NCBI RefSeq assembly: GCF_006345805.1
Contig: NC_043004.1
Coordinates: 52,514,001-52,578,000, forward strand
Reading direction: 5' to 3'
Length of the DNA stretch: 64,000 bases
Source of the DNA: Octopus sinensis
Taxonomy: Eukaryota
This document shows, piece after piece, positions 13,675 through 24,781 of the stretch; the first letter of the stretch is position 1, and each line of letters starts with the position of its first letter. The notes below the pieces were generated by a model, which was not told the origin of the DNA, did not search any database, and saw nothing but the letters and a program-made list of their open reading frames with translations. The translations under genes and the position numbers were made by a program.

Positions 13675-15790
13675 TATTTCAATTATTTGCCACTTAGGGC
13701 ATCACACAGAGGTAGAAGTAGCTCCGGGCTGGACAGAGACATTAATGGATTATGGTAATGATGGATGAAAATGGTGATGGGAGAAGTCAGAAGCGCCCGT
13801 CGACCTCTGCTTCTCTAATACAATGTTCTTTTTACAATGTTTTTAAATTTTACAAAATTCAAAATTCAAAAATTTCAGAAAATAACAGTGTTCAATGAAT
13901 ACATTTAGTAAAATGTTCAAAAATGTTCAAAATGTTCAAATTACACTTTTTCAGACGAGGTGATAAACCTCCTCTTCAACATGTTTAAAAATGTTCAAAA
14001 TGTTCAAAAAGTGTTCAACAATTCTCCCCGTCAGGTCCCCGAAGCAAATTGTCTTGCCGCCTGCAGACAACTCTGCGACGACAAGTCGGGGCCTGCGAAG
14101 AGAAAGGTAAAGTACCTTCTTTCAAAGGTCTCTGCGACCCTTGATAAGATAGCCTCCGTTACCCTTTCCGCAGCTACCCGCGGAGGCCATAACGGATTTC
14201 TTGAGCCGACCGCGCCCTTGCGCTCTCGGTCGCTCAAGCCATTCAAGAAATCCTCCACCTCCTCTCCCTTGTGGTAGAGGAGGAGAAGCATCTCCTCTTC
14301 ACAGGAGTGGACCTCCAGTGGCTCACTTCCTACTGGCGGAGCCTTGTCCGCGGGTGGCACACATCCCACCCGCGGCTCCGTCGGCGACACAGAAACGTCA
14401 GACGTCCGACCTCTCCTTTTTCTCCTCCTTCTTTTGGGGGAGACTGCTAACCCAGGGGACTCCGTCACCAGACACGGGGGATTGCTATCCCCCTCCGCCC
14501 CCTGAGCGTTCTTTGGTGGGCAACCATTGTTGCTCGCCGGCCTCTTTCTTTTCGTGGAGGCAACCTCCTCCACGACTTCCACCGTCTCCCCCTCCAGTGA
14601 GGGGACGGCGGGCACCTTTTCCTTTTCATGTTCCGGGGCGGCACCACGGCCCCCGGGACACTTCTTCTTAATATGTCCAGGCTCCGAGCACCGGTGACAC
14701 TTGGGGGCGCGTCCCTCAAGCATCACCGGGTACCTGGACCCGGCCATCTTCAGGAAGTCCGGAAAAACCAGACTCTTGGCCGACTGGGTCCACAGAGTCA
14801 AAGTGGCCTTTGACCCTTCCCAGTTAGCCGCAGGCTGCATTTTAACGTTGAGGATCTTGGCGTCCCTGTCACCCAGCCCCCGGCGGATAGAGTCTTCTAT
14901 CCACTCGGGTTCAAAGCCGGGCGGCAGGCCACATACCCACAAACGTAACAGTTTTTCCCCCCTGTAACTGGGGAGAAACAGAATTTCATCGCCCTCAATG
15001 GGCTGGCTTGCACATTTGCAAGCTTCTTCGGCGGAGTCAAATAGCAACCAGACCGTTGCGTGCTTGACCCCCCGTTGTATATGTTTAACGGCTGGCATAT
15101 AATCTTCCAGCTCGTTCTCAATGGTATCTCTCGGAAAGACCATTATGGTGTCGAGTACCTTTGAAAATGTTCTCAGCACCACGGTTCTTTCCTCAAGATC
15201 ATGTAAATATTTTTTGGGAGGTGCTAACTCCCACACAGTAAAATTCCTTGCCTTCGCCATAACGTAAAATACAATAGTTCAATAATAACTAAATTTAGCC
15301 ACAGAAAGGAGAATAAAAATGTAACAGAAGGGAAGAAAAAATAAAAATGGCAGTTCAAAAAAGTTTTTAACAAATAAATGATAGAAGAGAAAGAGAGTTC
15401 AAATTAGGCAAAGGAATTCAGTTTTCTTTTTTTTCTCACTTCTTCGGCCAGAATGTAATCCGTGCCAAATGCATTGGTAAGACCCTTGGTAAACAATCCT
15501 TGGTAATCCCGTGGACACACAATGACGATTTCACAATAATCTCTTCAGTCGGACCAAGCCGCTTCAAAAATACAATTTCTTTCGCTCGACACAGGCAGAA
15601 AAATTACATTCGGAGAAAAGTGGAGCCTTATTACTTCCTAAAAAATATTAAATGTTAAAAAACATTCATGCAAGCAATAAAGCTTCACTAAACCCACAAA
15701 AACACAAATTTCCTACCTTTAGTCGAGACGACAGTTCAATATTTCACGTTGAAACAACGAGACATCGGAGCAGCAAAAAAACACGTCCGT
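13675..15790 (-). mobile_element. ORF1-only non-LTR retroelement, copy 3 (~2.1 kb)
   Basis: Bounded by target repeats at 13657-13674 and 15791-15807. ~530-nt 5'UTR, intact ORF, ~355-nt 3'UTR. Confidence 0.75.
14031..15260 (-). CDS. Intact 409-aa ORF1/gag-like protein (RRM-like region + CCHC zinc knuckle) of non-LTR element 3; L1/Tx1-type
   Basis: ATG-initiated long ORF with CHRCSEPGHIKKKC (Cx2Cx4Hx4C) preceded by VMLEGR, then a basic/proline-rich linker. Homologous by eye to the two neighbouring ORFs. Confidence 0.8.
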   Translation of the reverse strand: MAKARNFTVWELAPPKKYLHDLEERTVVLRTFSKVLDTIMVFPRDTIENELEDYMPAVKHIQRGVKHATVWLLFDSAEEACKCASQPIEGDEILFLPSYRGEKLLRLWVCGLPPGFEPEWIEDSIRRGLGDRDAKILNVKMQPAANWEGSKATLTLWTQSAKSLVFPDFLKMAGSRYPVMLEGRAPKCHRCSEPGHIKKKCPGGRGAAPEHEKEKVPAVPSLEGETVEVVEEVASTKRKRPASNNGCPPKNAQGAEGDSNPPCLVTESPGLAVSPKRRRRKRRGRTSDVSVSPTEPRVGCVPPADKAPPVGSEPLEVHSCEEEMLLLLYHKGEEVEDFLNGLSDRERKGAVGSRNPLWPPRVAAERVTEAILSRVAETFERRYFTFLFAGPDLSSQSCLQAARQFASGT

Positions 15791-15831
15791 CTGGTAAGAA
15801 GCTACTTACCACACAACCACTCCTGCGCCTA
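15791..15831 (-). mobile_element. 5' head (A box) of the split family A SINE plus target-site copy
   Basis: Minus strand reads aggcgcaggagtggttgtgtggtaagtagcttcttacca, nearly identical to the SINE heads at 17797 and 58030. Confidence 0.88.
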
Positions 15832-17050
15832 GTTCATGTAAATATTTTGCCTATCCAAATTATTTTTGTATGTACGCAAGTATGTATATCATTCTATAAA
15901 ATGAGCTCATGGAGAGAAAAATGTCAGCTAAAAAGAAACGAGGAAACAGGAGGTTATCGTTGGATGTGCCAGAAACAGCAGCTAATCCCCCCCTTAAATC
16001 ACACCTTTTTCGTCCGAAAAATATTTTCATATTTTAAACAGAAACAATTGCTGATTCGAACTGTTCGTATTTGAAAACTACTATTAAAAAAAATTAGAAA
16101 GAAGTCGAAATTTTAGGATTTCTGGAATGGGCGAGTGTTAATGAAAAAATTTTTAAAGATTACAATATTGCTTTTAATTTACGTTACATTTTTTGTTTGA
16201 AAATAAATGTATTGGGAATTGTAATGGTGATCGCCGATTCCCAAAACTGTTCATTTTTTTAAACTCCAGAACTCCTCCCATCGTTTCTAAATGCGGAGTG
16301 TAAAAAAACAAAACAAAATAAAATAATGGCCAATATTGGTAATTAGTGGGGGAGGGGAGGGTTTAAAACAATTCATAAATGTTCAATTTTTTAGTTTTTG
16401 ATTTCTAGAAATTTTTTCAAGAGTATTATGGGAAAAAGAAATGGATAAAATCGGTCCGGAAATAATGAAATAATGAAATAAAGATCTTCTCCCCACCATT
16501 TGCAAGAGTGAAAAAGAAAATTAGTAAAAAATCCTTCTCAAAACTGAGAAATTCCAACTATGAGGGTATGCTCTTCTGAAAGTTCGCCAAGACGTTCTAT
16601 TATGAAAATTACCCGGAAACTGCAGGAGCTTGTGTGTGTGTATGTGTGTGTGGGTGTGTGTGTGTATAAGAAGGAAAAGGAAATGGAGATTGGGAAGTTA
16701 ATAATTATTTATAATTGTTTATCATTAACAGCAAATCAATTATCATCCATTATAGATGTTTCAATTAATATTCAGTATATATTAAGTAAATATTAAATTT
16801 ATATGACTTGGGTAAAGTATCTTCAGACGGAAAAAATATATTCTTGGATGTTTTATATGTGCTTATTGAATCATTGCAGCAGACTAAATGATACGGTTTA
16901 TGGTTTGTATTGTTATATGTTCGGGCGATGGCTACTCAGGTTCATTGGTGATAAAACAGAATAGGTATATAGAATTAGAACATTAAATGAATAAATTAAA
17001 TAGAGATAATAAATGAAATTTAAATTTAAATAAAGTAAGTTTATAGTTAA

Positions 17051-17431
17051 CTAGCAGTATCGCCCGGCGTTCCTCGGGTTTGTAAGGGAAATAACTATAT
17101 AAGCATTTTTAGAGAGTTATAGCCAAAAACTAGCAAAAAATGCATTAAAAATGGAAAAAAAATGATGGTAAATTTTTTTCTAAATCATTGACTCATCGTA
17201 GACATTGTTAGAGAGTTACTTCCCTTATATAATAGCGAAAAAATGCATTAAAATGGAGAAAAATGATGGTAATTTTTTTTTTAATCGTAGACTCATCGTA
17301 GACGCGCGCTAATACCAAGAAGGGCTCGATATGAATCACGACTATAAGATAACCGGTTGGGGTTAAACTGCACCGCAAAATGTGGGAGTAGTTAGGAGAC
17401 AGACACCCAACTTGACTTTTATATATAAAGA
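17051..17431 (-). mobile_element. Non-autonomous Helitron
   Basis: Minus strand begins TC (TCTTTATATATAAAAG) and ends with the subterminal hairpin cccgag..acgccggg and CTAG, inserted between A and T. Second copy at 42646. Confidence 0.8.
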
Positions 17432-17671
17432 TAAGAAAATGAAGCATTCGTATACAAGGTATAAATAAATTTATGAAAATTCGTATATTTGCAGTACGCA
17501 CGTATACATGTACACACATATATATATGTATCCGTACATCCATATGTATATACAGAAACACACGCATATACTCTCACATATACATACATCAACACGTGCA
17601 CACATATCTACGCGTATGCGTATATATGCGCGAATACATTGATACGTATGCAAACTTACGCATACGTGTAT

Positions 17672-17779
17672 ATATCACGTTGAAAGCACCGGTTCTCGTC
17701 CGATCACCGAAGTTAAGCAACGTCAAGCCTAGTCAGTAGTTAGATGGGTGACCGCTTGGGAAACCTAGGTGCAGTAAGC
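17672..17779 (+). rRNA. 5S rRNA-derived copy (probable pseudogene or variant)
   Basis: atatcacgttgaaagcaccggttctcgtccgatcaccgaagttaagcaacgtc...gatgggtgaccgcttgggaaacctaggtgcagtaagc follows the metazoan 5S pattern. The first ~10 nt are absent or displaced and there is no oligo-T terminator. Confidence 0.9.
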
Positions 17780-17796
17780 GTAACACATTGTTTCAT

Positions 17797-17985
17797 GGGC
17801 GCAGGAGTGGCTATGTGGTAAGTAGCTTGCTTACCAACCACATGGTTCCGGGTTCAGTCCCACTGCGTGATACTTTGGGCAAGTTTCTTCTACTAGAGCA
17901 TCGGGCCGACCAAAGCCTTGTGAGTGGATTTGGTAGACGAAACTGAAAGAAGCATGTCGTGTATATGTATATATATATATATATG

Positions 17986-18022
<37 letters not shown>

Positions 18023-18236
18023 AGGTGTCTGTGTTTGTCCTCCCAACATCGCTTGACAACCGATGCTGGTGTGTTTACGTCCCCGTAACTTAGCAGTTCG
18101 GCAAAAGAGACCGATAGAATAAGTACTAGACTTACAAATAATAAGTCCTGGGGTAGATTTGCTCGACTAAAGGCAGTGCTCCAGCATGGCCGCAGTCAAA
18201 TGACTGAAACAAGTAAAAGAGTAAAGAGTGAAGAGA
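17797..18236 (+). mobile_element. tRNA-derived SINE, family A (intact reference copy)
   Basis: A box tggctatgtgg, B box ggttcagtccc, internal (TA)n, 3' tail gtaaaagagtaaagag. Confidence 0.9.
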
Positions 18237-18454
18237 ATATATATATGCGATTACACCTTTTACCAATCACCCCAAAGAAGAAGTTAATATAGATTCCGAT
18301 TGGTTAATGAAAGTTTGAATTACTATATAGCGTTTCAAGGAAGCATATCTGTGTTTAACGAGTGCTGATTAATTTGCTATTAATTATAAACAATTATTAA
18401 CTTCATAATCTCCATTGTCTTTTACTCCTTGTACATGAATGTAAACTATATGGT

Positions 18455-18509
<55 letters not shown>

Positions 18510-18683
18510 CTATTGTTTCAAGGCAATTAATTACCCCCAAATACTAGGCATTGAGCCAGAATTTCCTTGGAAGTAGCCATCTCGTCATGAAGTTAAAAAA
18601 GCCTTAAATCGAGTATATATATGTGTGTGTGTGTACGTTTACCTAAACATACCACACATATATAATATATACATATATATATA

Positions 18684-18807
<124 letters not shown>

Positions 18808-19030
18808 ATAGTATTGCGGATTATTTTGTAAATAACTGTACATGGATTATGAAAACATTCATTTTGCTCGGTTGCTCAAATTCAACTTTGAACAATTTCT
18901 AGTCTATTTGTATAACGGATTGCAGATCCACCAATTCCTCTGGATATTATCAGTCTGCAATGACGGTTTAAACATATAAAAGACTAGCTCTAATCTATTT
19001 TTGAAAATGCTATGAACAGTAAGAATTATA

Positions 19031-19120
19031 TGTGGATGAATTATCTATGCCTGTCTAATAAACGAATATATAAAACATAGATTCAGTGACTTAATACCTA
19101 AAGATTTCGTAGTGCTCTGT

Positions 19121-19213
<93 letters not shown>

Positions 19214-19534
19214 CATCCATCATTATCATTCTATCTAGATCTATCTATCATACGACTCTGTTCTTCATTGCAGGTGCTGATTTTGAATCTAAGATACTAG
19301 AAATTGCATTTCTCGATAAGTGTGCTATTTTAAATGCTTAAGGTAATAAATAGAAAGTATGCGAGAATAGAGAGAAACATGAAAAAGAGACAGAAGACAT
19401 ATAGTGGAAGACCTAAAAAAGCGATAAATGATATTTATACATTTTATCGGCAGACGTGAATTGTATACTAAACGAACGAATATATAAAACATAGATTCAG
19501 TGACTTAATACCTAAAGATTTCGTAATGCTCTGT

Positions 19535-19584
<50 letters not shown>

Positions 19585-19585
19585 C

Positions 19586-19677
<92 letters not shown>

Positions 19678-19806
19678 ACTAAGAAATATATGTCTTGAAA
19701 GTGCATGTGCGTGTGCGTGTGTGCCTGTCTACATGACTACGTTAGTGTGTGTGTGTGCGTGTGTTTGTATGTATGTGGATGAATTATCTATGCCTGTCTA
19801 ATAAAC
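19031..19806 (+). repeat. Locally duplicated segment with two (CTAT)n tracts
   Basis: aacgaatatataaaacatagattcagtgacttaatacctaaagatttcgta precedes (CTAT)n twice. tgtggatgaattatctatgcctgtctaataaacg occurs at 19031 and 19775. Confidence 0.85.
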
Positions 19807-20235
19807 GCGGCAATGCTTAATAGAACATATCTCGGCTCATCATCAAACCAAAATTTAAAATTCTCTATGGAACTGTATATCATTGACAAATAAGAGTTAG
19901 AATTCTTTTCAGCTTTGTCGAAAATGACATTTGAATATTAAAACCAGACCAGCTATACATTAAATATCGAGGTGGTCCGAGTACATCGTGTTGATAAGCC
20001 ACAGCAATTGTGAAATATCACTGTCTACGCTTTTTTGGTGATTCTTGGCGAATTGTCCTGCATCGCCTGGGGCATTCGATGTTCTTCAATACTCGGCGTC
20101 GCGTCTGATGCTTTTCACGGACGCTACAAGACAACAAAATGTGCGTATAAACAAAATACATACACTATATATGTGTAACTGATAATGCTTACAATTCTAT
20201 AGCTGCTTTTAATTCGCAATTTAATATATATATAT

Positions 20236-20277
<42 letters not shown>

Positions 20278-20489
20278 GATAAATCTCAGAGCGAGTTATA
20301 AACAGTAGCAGCAACACATCGTGACGTATATTTGCTATTTGAATATGGCTAACCCCTAAGGGTGGATGGTACTGTAGTTTGTAGCCCCAGGAGGACACCT
20401 CCTCCAGCTAGCTATAGACACACTTTCTTTCTGTGCCCTATCAGTATTTGCAAAGGGAAGCCATCCTTCCCGTCTTCAACTTATGATAC

Positions 20490-20533
20490 ACACGGACTCA
20501 AGTTTCAGGGTATTGACCCGTCATCGGCGTGTG
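20490..20533 (-). ncRNA. Minimal type I hammerhead-like motif (U4C variant) within a Penelope-like repeat (~20335-20540)
   Basis: CACACG-CCGATGA-C-GGG-TCAATA-CCC-T-GAAAC-TTGA-GTC^CGTGTG. Confidence 0.55.
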
Positions 20534-20599
<66 letters not shown>

Positions 20600-21431
20600 A
20601 TATATGTAGGTTTCTATGTATTTATGTATAAATATGAATATCTGCATGTAGATATGAATACATAAATGTGATAGAAGAGAGTGTGTCTTCGAGTCTGTTT
20701 GTATGTGTGTGTTTGTGTGTCTGTATTGTACGCAGGATATGTTTGTCCAACGCACTACGTATTATGCATCTATGCCATTAATTCAAATAACCATATTTGA
20801 TGTAATGTGAACATTAAATCAAGAACACAATAGAATATAATCGGATGCCGTGCAAGTTCACCTAACAAGAGCATAAAAGAATATATTGACCGTCATTATT
20901 TAGATTCCTTTATTTAATATATTCATTTATTTAATAATATAATTGATACACTGTACTGTCATTGTTCACGTGTTTCTAATCAGCCAATCACTGATTAGAA
21001 ACCGTTCGAACCAACTAAGTGACAATTATTTTAAAAACTTATTTAAGAACAAATATATCACAGAACTTCGTTGGAAAGACACTGCATCTTAATGGTTTCT
21101 TGCCGTTGGTCTCCCAAGTAGATTCCGCGTACCATTTTCACCCTGGCAGGGCATACTTCACTGTGAAGCTATGGTAAATGACTATTTCCAAAAATATTGT
21201 GCGGTGAGAAAATAATCATTACTTTGTTATGTCTTGGCCTATATACGCTGCTCAGTTAAATCGCGCGACAGCATCCATGTCGCACAATATTTTCCACTGC
21301 TGGTATTTTCAGAAGACAATTTCTCATTCGTCTTGGTATTCATCATCTAGTCTAATTGTTAAAAAACAATACTTAGATACATGTAAACCTGTCTGTTCTC
21401 CTATGCGCTCGCCATCATCTTAAATGTATAC

Positions 21432-22600
21432 CCCACTATCCTCCACTCAGTTTAATAACAGCGGATTTCTCTGAACAAAATGCTATCTGGATGTCATGAG
21501 GTAAAAATTGTACTGTCTGAATAAGGGAGTCCAGTTGACCTCTGCTAGCTCCGCATAGCTTTAAATCATCTATAAATAACAAGTGGTTAATTGGTCTCAT
21601 ATTTCTGTGCAGTTTGTAACCAGCTTTCATATTCTTCAGAAACATGGAGAGCAGTAACATACTAACAATAAGGCTGATAGTCTCTCCTTTTAATATTTTT
21701 TGCTTGATGTCGACTTGCTCGATGTCCCTTCCACCAGCTGTCAAAACTATTCAAGTTCCTCACTGAGTTTTTAAATTTTTAGTTACTCTGACCATATCCA
21801 GTAATTTTAGAATCCACCAGTGAGGAACCACATGATATACCTTCTTGTTGTCAATGCAAGCCATTGTTTGTGCTGCCAATCTTCTTCGATAATTCCTCAA
21901 AATTATCTTATCAATCACCAACTGATCCTTTATTCCATGTCATCCCTTTCAGCAGGCTTCTGTTCATCCGCTAAGAGTTACTTACTTTCAAGATTGTACG
22001 ATGTCTTTGACATTATCCCATTTAGAAGACCCCACATCTCAGGTAAGCAAGGAAACGGGCGATAGTTGTTGGCCAGGGTACCCTTGGCTGGGTTCTTCTG
22101 AATCATCGCAGTTCTTCTTTTGACCATCTATCCTGGTACAATTCCTTGATGTGAACGACCTTGCAGAAGGATATCTTGATCCCAAGTCCCTGAACTAGAC
22201 GCGGGATAACTGCCTTCCATGTTTTCATCTTGCCAACTCTGGCTTGAATATCTTTCAGTGTGATGGTAACATCCTAATTTATCTCTGTGCCCCGGAATTC
22301 TTCTTCCACTTCATGGAGCCAGGGTGCCCTATTGTGTTTAACGTCATCAGACCAGATCTTGCTCCAAAACAAAGTTGCTTATTTGAGATCAGATAAAGTT
22401 GCCTGTTCCTTATCTCCTCCATCCAGAGTATCACAGAACAGCTTCTGGTTTGTTGTCGCTTTTTGTTTCAACTGAAGGCATCTTTCCTCATGTCTTTTGA
22501 TTTCCATTCCACTCGCTTTGATCTGTTCTTTTAACATATCCGGTATAAGTAGAGTGTCTTTGACCACTAAGTGATATTTTCTTATTCATGTAATTCTGTT
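21432..22600 (-). mobile_element. R4/Dong-type non-LTR retrotransposon fragment (pre-RT to RT5, degenerate)
   Basis: LKEQIKA..IKRHEER..Q, NYRPFPCL, IDKII..., and INHLLFIDDLKL motifs. 5' end abuts (TAA)n. Confidence 0.78.
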
Positions 22601-22696
22601 CTAGTTATTATTGTAGTTATTATTATTATTATTTTTATTATTATTATTATTATTATCATTATTATTATTATTATTATTATTGTTATTATTATTATT

Positions 22697-23157
22697 GAGT
22701 GAGAGAGCAGTGCATGCCATCAAAGTGACACTGGGGTAAAATATACGAAGCCCAATATACCCATCATGACTACCCGTCTTATAAAGGTACACCAGGCACA
22801 TGCATCACATCCATATGTGCGCGACATGGTGATCTCATATCAAGATAAATAGCACATGACCTTGCAGGTGGGGCCCAGTTAGAATTTTCTTCAGGTTGAG
22901 TAGCCCATCCCGCTCAAAAGGTCCCTGAATAAGGGTTGTTTAAGGATGTTGAAAGAACCACCCATGTTTCCAGAGGTGAATTATTCAAACCTCAGAGAAT
23001 CCCTCTTAACACATGGCTATGATGCTCCCCCACTACTTCTGCTCGTGATCAGAGATGCACATATCGTCAGCCACTAAGGGACATGCTCAACTGGTTAAGG
23101 TCAAACAACTGACAAGCAAATCTGTGGTATTGAGCAGAATATTTGCTGTAGCCCATC

Positions 23158-23161
<4 letters not shown>
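22697..23161. repeat. ~465-bp non-coding interspersed repeat flanked by (TAA)n on both sides; internally deleted copy at 24551-24702
   Basis: Shared gagagagcagt.catgc.atcaaagt.a.actggggtaaaatatac and cactaagggacatgctcaact.gttaaggtca blocks. Confidence 0.8.
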
Positions 23162-23208
<47 letters not shown>

Positions 23209-23241
23209 TATTATTATCATTACTATTATTATTATTATTAC

Positions 23242-23312
<71 letters not shown>
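23161..23312 (+). repeat. (TTA)n microsatellite (further tracts at 22605-22696, 24331-24545, 24720-24920)
   Basis: Direct inspection. Confidence 0.97.
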
Positions 23313-23314
<2 letters not shown>

Positions 23315-24330
23315 TTTGCACTTTTCGCACGCAGTTTCCAATATAGAACTTTTGCTACCTGGTCGTGTTGCCACATCTTGTGGTTTTGGGCAAGTCAAGG
23401 GCACTCGTTCGTGATATGAGGAATGGTTTCTTCCACTCTATTCCAGATTCGGCAGAGCATGGACACTTGCTCATTCATAAGGTTAACTCTCCAATTTGTG
23501 GCCAGAGCTTGGTTCTGCACTGCCAGTATAGGCTCTCGGTCTCTTTAGGGTTTTTTTTATCACCCAAACCCATCTATTTTTCCTGCAACTTCTGTCGTGA
23601 CTACATGGAATTAATTGTGTAGTCCCTCATTGCGTAATTCATCTTCTTGTCCTTTTTAAATTTCTTCCATTGTTTTCCCTTTTTTATTTGCTCTCAATAC
23701 TCCCTCGTTCTTGACGTCACTAGCAAAGTGTCTTTACTTTCGACTACGTTTCTCATTACACTCTCGAATTCGAAACGCACGCATTTTTCCCACACTTATC
23801 AGTCCCCTTCCTCCTTTTGCTCTCTCCATGTATAGCCGATTATTATATGCACGTGGAGGATGGACTCCATGCATCGTTAGAATCTTTCTTGACTGTCTTC
23901 CGTCTAATTTAGCCCCTACTCAGTTTACTTGAGTATTTCAGCGACGAATTCCTGCAACTCATGCAACCGCGCGCGAGTTTATTGCCGAAATTATATTTCT
24001 TGCATTCGGCTTTGAAGCCAGTTTTTTTCTCACTCGCTGCAGGTACTCTCTTTTAGTATTTTTCTTTCGTGTCATGGTGTTTGATTCTAATTGCCTCAAG
24101 TATTCCCCGGTAATTATAGCTGGACTGAGTTTGATTTATCTTCATCATTTCATCACTTCTGTTCTGGCAGGCTTTCCCCGTCTCATCACCATATTTTAGC
24201 AGAGTTTGAGAATCTACACTCCACCTTAATGCCTTTGTAGGAAGTCAGCACATGACTGCACTAGGCTGTGTAGTTTTGCATCAGTATTTGTGCATAGCTT
24301 CACGTAGTCCATGAATAGCAAATGGTTTAG
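23313..24330 (-). mobile_element. R4/Dong-type fragment (RT5 to CCHC/RLE region) embedded in (TAA)n
   Basis: NHLLFMDYVKL at its 5' end. ETIPHITNECP.LAQ..KMWQHDQVAKVLYWKL near its 3' end. Confidence 0.75.
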
Positions 24331-24343
24331 TTTATTATTATTA

Positions 24344-24414
<71 letters not shown>

Positions 24415-24459
24415 TTTATTTTTATTATTATTATTATTATTATTATCATTATTATATTA

Positions 24460-24495
<36 letters not shown>

Positions 24496-24750
24496 CATTA
24501 TTATTATTATCATTTTTATTATTATTATTATTATTATCATCATCATTACATGAGAGAGCAGTACATGCAATCAAAGTTATACTGGGGTAAAATATACTAT
24601 GCCCTCGACACATGGCAATGATGCTACCCCACTCTTTCTGCTCGTGGTCAGCGAAGCTCATATGGTCAACCACTAAGGGACATGCTCAACTAGTTAAGGT
24701 CATCATTATTTGTTGTTGTTACTATTATTATTATTATTACTACAATTGTC

Positions 24751-24781
<31 letters not shown>

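Noticed and set aside
10200-15300. Plus-strand ORFs overlapping the gag genes (e.g. 10914-11360, 14201-14671)
   Set aside because: Antisense shadows of the GC-richer coding strand.
10189-15807. Reading the four ~17-bp repeats as a CRISPR-like array or as LTRs
   Set aside because: The intervening units are 1.5-2.1 kb gene-bearing elements. The repeat matches an empty site in SINEs and lacks TG..CA, PBS or PPT features, so TSDs explain it better.
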